A DNA stretch of 64,000 bases, taken from IMG/VR virus record IMGVR_UViG_3300047160_036265; one strand, 5' to 3'. Positions 33,813 through 41,540 of this stretch are shown here, one piece after another. This DNA comes from a virus. Each line of letters starts with the position of its first letter. Within the stretch, counting starts at the first letter, position 1. Position numbers and translations under genes: made by a program. A model generated the notes under the pieces. That model did not search any database and was not told where the DNA came from. It saw nothing but the letters and a program-made list of their open reading frames with translations.

Positions 33813-34396
33813 ACACGAGTCTCACTCTCGTTCACCGGCCCAGGTTCTTTCGCCACCTGAGCCGGGTCGTGCTTCGACCGATTACGGCTCAGGGCTTGCG
33901 GGGGTATTATCCCCACAACGACGTTCGGCGGCGGGCTTGCTACCCGTCGCGCACGTCGGGCGCTGTGGCTGATGCCACTGCGCCTGTTTGCCGGTAATCT
34001 GCACGAAGTACGACACGTTCATTGTCTCCTTTACCGGCGTGACCCCTTTGGTCACTACCGGCTGGAGCCGAGTTGCCTCGGCCTTGCAAGTCTCGCTGCG
34101 GGAACCACTCCCGCTATGTACTAGATACCTGAGCCGCCAAAACGGTCAGGATTTTTTCGGAAAAAACAGGTGAGGCCCTTTCGCGCCGCCCACTCTTTCG
34201 AGTTGCCCTAGCTCCTTTCGGAGACGGGGCCTTTCGCCTACGTCGCCCCGTTTTGAGCGGGTTCGACTTCGGCGTGGTGTCGGCTTGCGATTAGCGGGCC
34301 TCACCTGTTTCTACGGCATCGGTTTGTTTTTTTCCTGAGCCTCGGTCTATCGTTTCCATAGCCTTGGCCGACAGGTTTTACCTCTGCCGCAGAAGT
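33813..34396 (-). ncRNA. large structured noncoding region, candidate ncRNA (identity unknown)
   Basis: About 585 nt with no ORF over 60 aa, many UUCG/GNRA-type hairpins (cctttcgg, ctcctttcggag, gacttcggcg), and a long-range pair aaaacaggtgaggccc (about 34160) with gggcctcacctgtt (about 34297). Confidence 0.3.
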
Positions 34397-34466
34397 TGCC
34401 GGGGCTGGAATTGCACCAGCGTCTTCAGGTTATGAGCCTGATAAGGTAACTACTCCTCCACCCGGC
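34397..34466 (-). tRNA. tRNA-Met(CAU) (or Ile2), G55-type T-loop
   Basis: Acceptor GCCGGGU/CCCCGGC, anticodon arm UCAGG-CUCAUAA-CCUGA, T-arm GCUGG-UGCAAUU-CCAGC. Confidence 0.55.
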
Positions 34467-34559
34467 GATCAGTATGGCTGTTTCCAGCCGTCTATCGTAT
34501 AGTAGTCTACCACCCCCGATTTTGTCAACACCTTTTTGAGTTTTTTCCAGATTCTTTTT

Positions 34560-36383
34560 TCAGGCCCGCCAGCCCTCAATCTTCGTGACGGTGAAGGACT
34601 CGCCCTGGCGGTGGCCTTCTCCTTCCACCCCGTCCCAAGCATCATACGCCAGCAGCCCCCGGCACGTCAAGTCCAAATAATGGCCGGTCTTGAACCCGAT
34701 GGTCAAAAAGGTGATCTCCCGCCCGCCAACCGTGTGGTGCCGCCCCGTGGCAATCAACCCCCGGAATCGTCTCCCGTCGAAGTAGCAATTTGGCATAAAC
34801 CTATTACTGATCCAGTAGTTGCGCTTACGGTACTGATGCCAGCCGTCGCCCTGGGTCTTGTCCGGCTTGCTGTTGGTGAGACGGTCGCCCTCCAGGTGCC
34901 AGAATCCGCCCTGGCCGAAGTTTTCCAGCTTCAGGCCCTCGTACTTGGCCTCCTGAACGTGGACCCAGGGCCGGTACATGCTGGCGGCGTGGTTGAGGGC
35001 GGCGAGCCAGAACTTCTGCCGCTGGCGGGTCTTTTCGTAGGCCAACGCCCAGACCAGATAGCCGTAGGCGGTCGCGTGGGCCTTGCAAAAGCTGTAGAGG
35101 GCGTAGTAGGACAACTCCTTGACGATCTTGGGCCAGTCCGGGAGATACTGGATGCGGACGGCGAAATCCTTGATGGTGTTCTCGTCCTCCTTGGCGAAAC
35201 CCCGGCGGTAAACCTCGGCCTCACTCTCGGAGCAGATCAGCAACTCCCGAATTAGGTTGATCCCGTCCTCATCAAAGACGAGATGCCCCTTGGTGGAGCG
35301 GGTTTGCCGCCAGGTTTCCAGGGCATCGAGCTTTCTGCCGTCAGCAGATGGCACGGGCCGAATCAGGGCCAGGGCGGTAATGATGTCGGAGCGGCAGCGG
35401 ACGCTCAGTGCCCCGCACAGCTTTCGCTGGGCCGGGGATTCGGCAAAGGTCACGCCCCAGGTGTCGCCCTCATTAAAGAGGCGCACCGTGTCGTCGTCCT
35501 CTTCCGGGTAGTCGAGCAAGGGGCGGGTAGCCAATGCGGTCCACTGCGCCAGGCCCCGGTTGCAGAGCAGGTCGATCTTGTGGAGGCCGGCGGCTTCTAC
35601 CTCGTCCTTGTCCAGATGGATATGGTCGTCTTTTATTTTCAGATCGGGAGGCACATGGTCATCGAATATTACGATGCCGCCGCAGTGCTGGGCATTGAGG
35701 CGAACTGTTCCTTCCAGTTCTCCGGCACGCCGCAAGATGGCTTCGGCCTTGTCGCCAGCAATCTTCTCCAGGTCGAAGCCACGGGGCAGGAAGTGATGAA
35801 AGCCAGCTTCACGGAGAGCCTGGCGGATGGCGGAATCCCGGCGGTAGCGAATCTTGGTGGAGATGCGGGCGACACGCCCAGGGTACTTTTCCTTGACCCG
35901 CTCGATCACTTCATCCCGGCGGTTATAAGGGAAGTCGATGTCGATGTCGGGCAAATCCTGGCGGCGCTCGTGCATGAAGCGGGCGAGGCAGAAACCGTGC
36001 TGGATGGGGTCGAAATCGGTGATACCCATGAGGTAGCAGACCAAGCTGCTGCCCGCCGACCCACGGGTGATATGCGGGATGTCATCGGCCAGGTCGAGTA
36101 TTTCCCGGACCTGGGAGAAGACATTTGCAAAACCGAATCGCTGGATCAACTCCAGTTCATGCTTTAGCCGACTTTCGTATTCAGGACCGGGCGGGAGTCG
36201 GCGGCGGAACGGCAACATGAGCCGGACTCCATTTTCACTGGCTGTTCTTCCAGAACTTCCGGGCGTGATGGACCTTTGCCAGCGCCTTGCCCACGTCCGC
36301 AAGGGCCTTGGCCTCATCGGGCTTGGCCCAGGCGAACGGCTTCTTATTCGGGGTTTCCTCGTACTCCCTTTGCAGGTACTCAT
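34560..36383 (-). CDS. dnaE: DNA polymerase III alpha (DnaE)-like catalytic fragment lacking the PHP domain
   Basis: GSAGSSLVCYLMGITDFDP, LPDIDIDFPYNRRDEVIERVKEKYG, HCGGIVIF match DnaE palm/fingers; the N-terminal 80 aa are Ser/Arg/Pro-rich instead of a PHP domain, and the C-terminus stops after the fingers. Confidence 0.65.
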   Translation of the reverse strand: MSTCKGSTRKPRIRSRSPGPSPMRPRPLRTWARRWQRSITPGSSGRTASENGVRLMLPFRRRLPPGPEYESRLKHELELIQRFGFANVFSQVREILDLADDIPHITRGSAGSSLVCYLMGITDFDPIQHGFCLARFMHERRQDLPDIDIDFPYNRRDEVIERVKEKYPGRVARISTKIRYRRDSAIRQALREAGFHHFLPRGFDLEKIAGDKAEAILRRAGELEGTVRLNAQHCGGIVIFDDHVPPDLKIKDDHIHLDKDEVEAAGLHKIDLLCNRGLAQWTALATRPLLDYPEEDDDTVRLFNEGDTWGVTFAESPAQRKLCGALSVRCRSDIITALALIRPVPSADGRKLDALETWRQTRSTKGHLVFDEDGINLIRELLICSESEAEVYRRGFAKEDENTIKDFAVRIQYLPDWPKIVKELSYYALYSFCKAHATAYGYLVWALAYEKTRQRQKFWLAALNHAASMYRPWVHVQEAKYEGLKLENFGQGGFWHLEGDRLTNSKPDKTQGDGWHQYRKRNYWISNRFMPNCYFDGRRFRGLIATGRHHTVGGREITFLTIGFKTGHYLDLTCRGLLAYDAWDGVEGEGHRQGESFTVTKIEGWRA

Positions 36384-37066
36384 CCACCCACTGCTTGTAG
36401 CTTTTCATCTTGCATCGCCTTCAGGTCTTTCTCGACCTGCTTCTTGGTATAGATGCTTTTCTGGCCGGCTACCCGTTTCCGCAGGTGCAGCTTGGCCCAT
36501 TTGACGGCATCCTTATACTCCTTGCGATGCCAGTGAATTAACGCCATACGGTAGCGGGCGTCATTGAGGATGGACCCCGCCTTGGAGTAGCCCTCGCCGC
36601 AAGGATCGACGGTCGCCATGTAGCGGAGGCCAAATTTCAACATTTGCCGGAAGACAATCAGGGCCACGTCCAGCGCCCATTTGATGCTCTTCTCTTCCTT
36701 GGCCTGCCGCCGGCCCCACATATCGAGGGCGGTCGCGTAATACCACATGGACAGCGGGCATTCGGGGGTGATGTCCACGGCACGCCACGCCCACCGCACC
36801 GCCAGGTCGTATCTGTATTGTTCGTAGTAACAGCAGGAGAGACAGGCCATGAGCCAGTGGCTCTTGGGGTGTTTGCGGAGGAACTTGCGGATGACTCGGA
36901 TGGCTTCCTGATACTCGTCGTCCCGGATGAGACGGCTTACCAGGGCGCTGTCATAGTGCGGTTGGTCCTCGTAGAACATGGTGTCATCGGAGTCCTCCCC
37001 GGCACCCCAGGGAGGAACCCCGTAGACATATTCCTCAGCCTTGTTCTCCGATGATGCCTTCTTCAT
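36380..37066 (-). CDS. TPR-like repeat protein
   Basis: Repeated W/Y-rich helical hairpins (AIRVIRKFLRKHP..WLMACLSCCYYEQYRYDLAVRWAWRAV..WYYATALDMWG). Confidence 0.45.
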   Translation of the reverse strand: MKKASSENKAEEYVYGVPPWGAGEDSDDTMFYEDQPHYDSALVSRLIRDDEYQEAIRVIRKFLRKHPKSHWLMACLSCCYYEQYRYDLAVRWAWRAVDITPECPLSMWYYATALDMWGRRQAKEEKSIKWALDVALIVFRQMLKFGLRYMATVDPCGEGYSKAGSILNDARYRMALIHWHRKEYKDAVKWAKLHLRKRVAGQKSIYTKKQVEKDLKAMQDEKLQAVGG

Positions 37067-37322
37067 CCCGCACCTGCGCCTTCAGCCCAGCTTCGCCCAG
37101 GTCTTTGTAGGTCATGCACTCCTCGCCGGGGTAGGTGATCTGGATGTTTCGCTCGTCCACCCGCAGCAGGCGGACCCGCTTGCCGTTGGCCATCGTCCAC
37201 GACATCTTCCAGAAGCCACCCTCGATGAACTTCTCCAGGGCCTCTTCGCATTTTTCAAAATAGCGAAGCTCACCCGTGTCGTTGCCCGCCTCGTCCTGTG
37301 CCCGCAGTTGGTAATCGCCCAT
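37035..37322 (-). CDS. hypothetical protein
   Basis: 95-aa ORF. Confidence 0.4.
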   Translation of the reverse strand: MGDYQLRAQDEAGNDTGELRYFEKCEEALEKFIEGGFWKMSWTMANGKRVRLLRVDERNIQITYPGEECMTYKDLGEAGLKAQVRDEEGIIGEQG

Positions 37323-37500
37323 CTTGCCCTCGTCGGTTTACAGCCCACAGCGCTCCTACCCCAATTATAGCGGCGACCGCCGCCGCAATAACCAGGGCGT
37401 TCCATCCGATGAAATAGAAGCCAATCCCTAGCAAAACGCTGAGAACTATAAACGCGAGGACATATTGACTGGCGATGGCCTGGCCCATTTGACGCTCGAA
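37270..37500 (-). CDS. possible small membrane protein (start uncertain)
   Basis: C-terminal part of a 166-aa frame: Zn-ribbon-like CVKCHQ..CAEC then two TM helices. The upstream part overlaps the RRM gene in another frame through the Gly-codon-rich stretch. Confidence 0.25.
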   Translation of the reverse strand, partial: FERQMGQAIASQYVLAFIVLSVLLGIGFYFIGWNALVIAAAVAAIIGVGALWAVNRRGQDGRLPTAGTGRGGQRHG

Positions 37501-37597
37501 TGCCTGGAGCCGCTTACGCTTCTCCAGGCATTCGGCGCAGATCGAGGCACCGCAATAAACGGTGACGGCTTCGCGCTGGTGGCACTTGACGCAGGGG

Positions 37598-37927
37598 TTA
37601 GTACCCGCCACGGCGACCCCCGCCCCCGGAGCGACGACCACCGCCGCCGCCGCCCCCACCGCCCCCGCCGCCACGGTCTTCACGAGGCCGGGCCTCATTG
37701 ACCGTGAGGGTACGGCCATCCACCTGGGTGCCGTTGAGGCCGCTGATGGCGGCGGACGCCTCGGAGTCACTGGTCATTTCCACGAAGCCGAAGCCCTTGG
37801 ACTTGCCAGTATCACGGTCCATGATGACCTGGGCGGACTGGACCGTGCCGTACTCCGCAAAGGTGTTTCGCAGGTCGGCGTCTGTGGTTCCATACGACAG
37901 GTTGCCGACATACAGTTTCTTACCCAC
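37598..37927 (-). CDS. RRM-domain glycine-rich RNA-binding protein
   Basis: RNP2 KLYVGNL and RNP1 KGFGFVEM with spacing typical of cyanobacterial/plant glycine-rich RBPs; C-terminal GGGGGGGGGGGGGRRSGGGGRRGGY. Confidence 0.7.
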   Translation of the reverse strand: MGKKLYVGNLSYGTTDADLRNTFAEYGTVQSAQVIMDRDTGKSKGFGFVEMTSDSEASAAISGLNGTQVDGRTLTVNEARPREDRGGGGGGGGGGGGRRSGGGGRRGGY

Positions 37928-37956
37928 TCTCAGTCTCCTTCATTTTGAGGTTTCGA

Positions 37957-38583
37957 TCACCTAACAACAGCCTTGCTGTTATATGCCTCCTCTTCCTCCA
38001 CCATCCGGTCGATCATCTCGATCACACGTTTGCGGGGAACGCCGACGCGAAGCATGGCATGGCACATCAACTCGGTTGCCGTCCGCCACGGAAGCCACCC
38101 ATCGGTTTCGCAACCCTGGTGGCCATTGTAGGTCTTGGCGGCGGTTTCCAGATAATGGCGCAAACACTGCCCATCATCCTTTTGGAAATTGTACGGTTCG
38201 GTTCGCTTATCTGTAAAGCAAATCCAGGGCATTTTCTTGTTCTTGTCGCTGGGGCCGATAACATAAAAATGCTTCACGACCCACTTGCACCGCTGGCGAA
38301 TCTCGGCGTCTGGATTATGGCGTACCTCCCATTCTAATTGCGGTACGATCTTGAGGCCGTCTTTCCCCGTCACCTTCTTCTTCAGCTTGAGTGTCGCGTC
38401 CTCGCGCACCTTGAAGCTATCATGGCCGGTGAGCTTGATGAGCTTGAGAGTGTGCTGGTCGGCGGGCGGATTTAACAGGGCGACCCACAACAATACGGAC
38501 GCAAAGGCTTCCACGATCTCTCCTCCATGAAAAAAGGCAGCCGGGGCTGTGGGTTGCCTTCCCCGCCACAGGGTCGGCATTTT
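37957..38583 (-). CDS. hypothetical secreted/membrane protein
   Basis: Start set at MPTLWRG... downstream of rpsL; hydrophobic VEAFASVLLWVALL segment. Confidence 0.4.
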   Translation of the reverse strand, partial: KMPTLWRGRQPTAPAAFFHGGEIVEAFASVLLWVALLNPPADQHTLKLIKLTGHDSFKVREDATLKLKKKVTGKDGLKIVPQLEWEVRHNPDAEIRQRCKWVVKHFYVIGPSDKNKKMPWICFTDKRTEPYNFQKDDGQCLRHYLETAAKTYNGHQGCETDGWLPWRTATELMCHAMLRVGVPRKRVIEMIDRMVEEEEAYNSKAVVR

Positions 38584-38626
38584 ACAGTCTCCCCGGCTGC
38601 CTTGCTCTCCAATTGGGAAGGCGGCT

Positions 38627-39001
38627 CTACTTGCTCTCCTTCTTGGCTCCATATTTTGAGCGGGCTTGTTTACGGTCGGAAACCTGGGCGGCGTCCCGGT
38701 TGCCACGGATAATGTGGTACTTGACGCCTGGCAGGTCACGGACGCGACCACCCCGGATCAGGACAATGGAGTGTTCCTGAAGGTTGTGGCCCTCGCCAGG
38801 AATATAGGCGGTGACTTCGAGGCCGTTGGAGAGGCGCACACGGGCCACCTTCCGCTGTGCCGAGTTGGGCTTCTTCGGCGTGCGGATGCCGGTGAACGTG
38901 ATGACGCCCTTCAGTTGCGGACGGCCCTGAAGGGAACGCACTTTGTTCTGCCGCTTCTGAGGGACACGGGGCTTGCGAACAAGCTGATTGATGGTCGGCA
39001 T
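38627..39001 (-). CDS. rpsL: ribosomal protein uS12 (S12)
   Basis: [80 protein letters not shown] is near-identical in pattern to bacterial RpsL. Confidence 0.85.
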   Translation of the reverse strand: MPTINQLVRKPRVPQKRQNKVRSLQGRPQLKGVITFTGIRTPKKPNSAQRKVARVRLSNGLEVTAYIPGEGHNLQEHSIVLIRGGRVRDLPGVKYHIIRGNRDAAQVSDRKQARSKYGAKKESK

Positions 39002-39265
39002 TATCGCTGCTTCCTGCGCTTCTGTTTCTTCTTGGTTGGCTGTTGGTTGCGTTTGTTAAGGTTCTCTTTAGGGCGGACACGCGCCCTGTGCGCCCACTGC
39101 GCTCAGAGGGAACCCTTGAAGTGTTTATACCAGATAGGGGGAGCCTCCGACAAGACCATGTTCGGGTTAATTCCGGCTGGAAATCCCGATCAGGCTCATC
39201 GTGGTCCTCCTATATCCCCGCAGGGGTCGCCAGGGCTTCGCAAAGTTGCCTGGTCTTCCTGCGGG

Positions 39266-39517
39266 TTAAGCCAACGCACCCCTCGGTATCAGAGAATACC
39301 GGCGTTGCGTTTGAACATCATTGTCCTGCATCGCTACGAAGCCTTCTTTTATCAGCTTACGCAGCGTTTGACGCAGGCTCCTCGAAACGTCGAGGGATTT
39401 TGTTTTGTACTGACCGCTCTTGACCAATTCAAGAACACCGCCGACAATATCCACGAACCGCAACCCTTGCGGGCCAGCGTTTCCCAATACAGTCAGAATG
39501 GCGTTCTTGCTGGTCAT
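39266..39517 (-). CDS. small winged-helix-like DNA-binding protein (H1/H5-like?)
   Basis: 83-aa basic ORF with the helix-turn-wing pattern ILTVLGNAGPQGLRFVDIVGGVLELVKSG..LRKLIKEGFV; weak. Confidence 0.35.
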   Translation of the reverse strand: MTSKNAILTVLGNAGPQGLRFVDIVGGVLELVKSGQYKTKSLDVSRSLRQTLRKLIKEGFVAMQDNDVQTQRRYSLIPRGALA

Positions 39518-39704
39518 TCTTATTTCCCTGCGACTGGCCCCTCTCTGCGGGTCAAGTCAGGGGCATGAAACCGTTTCACCTGTTTGAATAACAGGCTTAT
39601 CCAGAGATTGTCAGTCGCCGGTCCCAGCCGAGTCCCTTCAGGCGAACCCGTTGGGACACTAGGCTGGTTTTGTGGCCCCCGGCGAACCAGGGGCTTTTTG
39701 GGAG

Positions 39705-39775
39705 GAAGTGATGCTGGAATCGAACCAGCTTTTCTCCGTTATAAGCGGAGTGTATTACCAGTATACTAATCACTG
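39705..39775 (-). tRNA. tRNA-Ile(UAU)? #2
   Basis: Acceptor CAGUGAU/AUCACUU (6 of 7), D-arm GUAU-ACUGGUA-AUAC, anticodon arm CUCCG-CUUAUAA-CGGAG, T-arm GCUGG-UUCGAUU-CCAGC. Confidence 0.5.
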
Positions 39776-39860
39776 CCGGCCTTTGGTGTTACCACCACTG
39801 GCGTCACAGGAGTTGCACCTGTAGGCTTGCGCCCGTTACCTCAACTCGGCCAGAGGCCAA

Positions 39861-39888
39861 GGCTGGTTTATCGTCTTAGCCCAGGACG
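39861..39888. repeat. hairpin motif family B copy
   Basis: ggctggtttatcgtcttagcccaggacg. Confidence 0.6.
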
Positions 39889-39986
39889 AGAGTAGAATAA
39901 CGCCCCACTCTCCGGCTTGCCTGTTTGTGGAGTTGGCCACCCCTCTGCGTTTTTACCTGCCGCAGACCAGGCTAGTTCCACCGAAG

Positions 39987-40058
39987 TGTGTCTGGCTCGG
40001 AATCGAACCGCCGCTACCGTCTTATGAGGACGGCGTGCTGCCTTTACACCACAGACAC
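39987..40058 (-). tRNA. tRNA-Met(CAU)-like (weak T-stem)
   Basis: Acceptor GUGUCUG/CAGACAC, D-arm GUGUAAAGGCAGCAC, anticodon arm CCGUC-CUCAUAA-GACGG. Confidence 0.4.
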
Positions 40059-40061
40059 CGG

Positions 40062-40146
40062 GGGTGGATTCTCGTCTTACCCCAGGACGGTGGAGGAGTT
40101 TAACGTCATTCCCAGGACGGGGGTGGTTTATATCTTACCCCAGGAT
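40062..40146. repeat. two hairpin-family-B copies with covarying stems
   Basis: gggtggattctcgtcttaccccaggacgg and gggtggtttatatcttaccccaggatcgg. GGGTGG/TTACCC replaces GGCTGG/TTAGCC, a compensatory change. Confidence 0.55.
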
Positions 40147-40153
40147 CGGTCAG

Positions 40154-40226
40154 TTGCGGGTGGAGGAATCGAACCTCCGTCAATGGCTCATGAGGCCATC
40201 CTGGGGCCACTCCAGTGCAACCCGCA
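40154..40226 (-). tRNA. tRNA-Met(CAU)
   Basis: Acceptor UGCGGGU/ACCCGCA, anticodon arm AUGGC-CUCAUGA-GCCAU, T-arm GGAGG-UUCGAUU-CCUCC. Confidence 0.55.
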
Positions 40227-40227
40227 G

Positions 40228-40422
40228 TCAAAAATCAAAACGATCCAGGCCGCTCTCGGCCTCGATACTAGGGTTCACCGCCTCCTCGGCCACCTGGCTG
40301 TCCATTATCGCCGCCAGGGCGTAATGGCTCATGTGTTCCCGAACCACCTGAACCTGCTGGGGCGTCAACTTGGGATCGCACTGCTCCTGAATGCGGGCGA
40401 TCTCTCGGTCGAGGAAACGCAT
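40228..40422 (-). CDS. hypothetical small protein
   Basis: 64-aa ORF with an AAGGAG Shine-Dalgarno 7 nt upstream. Confidence 0.45.
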   Translation of the reverse strand: MRFLDREIARIQEQCDPKLTPQQVQVVREHMSHYALAAIMDSQVAEEAVNPSIEAESGLDRFDF

Positions 40423-40444
40423 CCTTGCTCCTTGAAAATAAAAG

Positions 40445-40548
40445 TGCGGCGGGATGGATTTGAACCACCGACCTACGGGCTAATAACCCGTTGCTCCTTG
40501 AACACTCGCCCCGAAGGGTAGGTGTTGTCTTCGCTGAGCTACCGCCGC
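40445..40548 (-). tRNA. tRNA with about 28-nt hairpin insertion in the D-loop; anticodon loop UUAUUAG
   Basis: Acceptor GCGGCGG/CCGCCGC, T-arm GGUGG-UUCAAAU-CCAUC; D-stem GCUC/GAGC encloses 39 nt including CCC-UUCG-GGG; anticodon arm ACGGG-UUAUUAG-CCCGU. Confidence 0.45.
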
Positions 40549-40626
40549 ATATCGCCCGCACCGGCTGGCTGTCTGCTAATCCAGCGTTTATCTAATCACC
40601 CCTAGAGCGGAGCCATCCACGGCATT

Positions 40627-40663
40627 CGTGAGAGCTACTTCGCCTGCGATTGCTCGCAAGAGG
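40627..40663. repeat. repeat family C copy (GTGAGA..TCGCCTGCGATTGCTCGCAAGA)
   Basis: cgtgagagctacttcgcctgcgattgctcgcaagagg; related copies at 41481-41534 and 51385-51438. Confidence 0.5.
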
Positions 40664-40858
40664 ATAATCGCCCACGATCAGCCAGTGCATCCCCGCATTC
40701 CAGGCACCAACTTGAGGGCTTTCGCTTCACCGGGGCTTTGACCCCCGCAGCCACGGGCGAGTATCAAGCCCTGTGGCTGGGCTGCTCCTTCCGGCCTGAC
40801 CCGGTGCCACAGGTTTCTGTCCAGACAGCGATTTAACTCAACTGCGCCGGCACAGAAG

Positions 40859-40952
40859 TACGGAGGGATGGAGTTGAACCACCGACCCTTAGTGCGCTGA
40901 CAAGGTTGCCCTCGCCCCGCTTTCCAATGCTCTGCCGTTGAGCTACCTCCGC
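40859..40952 (-). tRNA. tRNA with about 22-nt extra sequence between D- and T-arms; anticodon unresolved
   Basis: Acceptor GCGGAGG/CCUCCGU, D-arm GCUC-AACGGCA-GAGC, T-arm GGUGG-UUCAACU-CCAUC. Confidence 0.4.
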
Positions 40953-41039
40953 ATAAGGCGGGTTGGGTATCCCTACCCGCCCCTTTCATGTAGAATCCAA
41001 TCTTCTCTTCTTGAGTCTTCTTCTTCACCCTCTCAGCGG

Positions 41040-41068
41040 GCTGGTTTTTCGTCTTAGCCCAGGACACC
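41040..41068. repeat. hairpin motif family B copy
   Basis: gctggtttttcgtcttagcccaggacacc. Confidence 0.6.
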
Positions 41069-41171
41069 ACTCCAGCTTATTCGGCCCGGATACCCTGTCC
41101 AGGGCGTAACAACCTCCCTGGAACATCCTGCCGTGACCCAGCAAGCTGGGAATTTCGCCTGCGTGGACTTG

Positions 41172-41200
41172 GGTTGGTTTCACCACTTAACCCAGGTGGG
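41172..41200. repeat. hairpin motif family B copy (covarying GGTTGG/TTAACC)
   Basis: gggttggtttcaccacttaacccaggtggg. Confidence 0.55.
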
Positions 41201-41480
41201 GTCTTTCACAAGCAGAATCAAACTTCTCATTCCCACAGGCAGCGGGGTTACTTACGAAGTGTCCCAATACATGGCTTGCGCCTACCTCCTGGGTTAAATC
41301 GGTGAAGTAGCCCCACGCCTGCACCGCCCAGCCCGAAGGCCGGGGAAATTAGCGGCTGGAGTTGCGGGTGGATTACCACCATGTTAGAAGGAGGGGTGGG
41401 GGCGGTCGATGGTTCGGCCTTACTGTGAAGCTCGGCTCGGTTCTCTACTGGCCCCCACACCCACGCGCCTGCGATATTAT

Positions 41481-41534
41481 GGCGTGAGAAGTGTGTCGCC
41501 TGCGATTGCTCGCAAGAACGCCTTTGCTCACGCC
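41481..41534. repeat. repeat family C copy
   Basis: ggcgtgagaagtgtgtcgcctgcgattgctcgcaagaacgcctttgctcacgcc, an imperfect palindrome GGCGTGAG...CTCACGCC with an inner GCGA-UUGC-UCGC hairpin; directly 3' of the 279-aa ORF. Confidence 0.55.
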
Positions 41535-41540
41535 ATTTTC

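Noticed and set aside
33813-34466. tmRNA (ssrA) in the large noncoding region
   Set aside because: The T-arm/acceptor end at 34397-34466 belongs to a complete tRNA-Met(CAU). No tag reading frame, resume codon context or tmRNA pseudoknot signatures were found.
39795-39860. A tRNA at the T-arm-like ACAGG-UGCAACU-CCUGU with a Ser/Leu-like D-region (UGGCCGAGUUGAGG)
   Set aside because: No acceptor-stem pairing could be found on either side; probably a tRNA-derived fragment or part of a repeat element.
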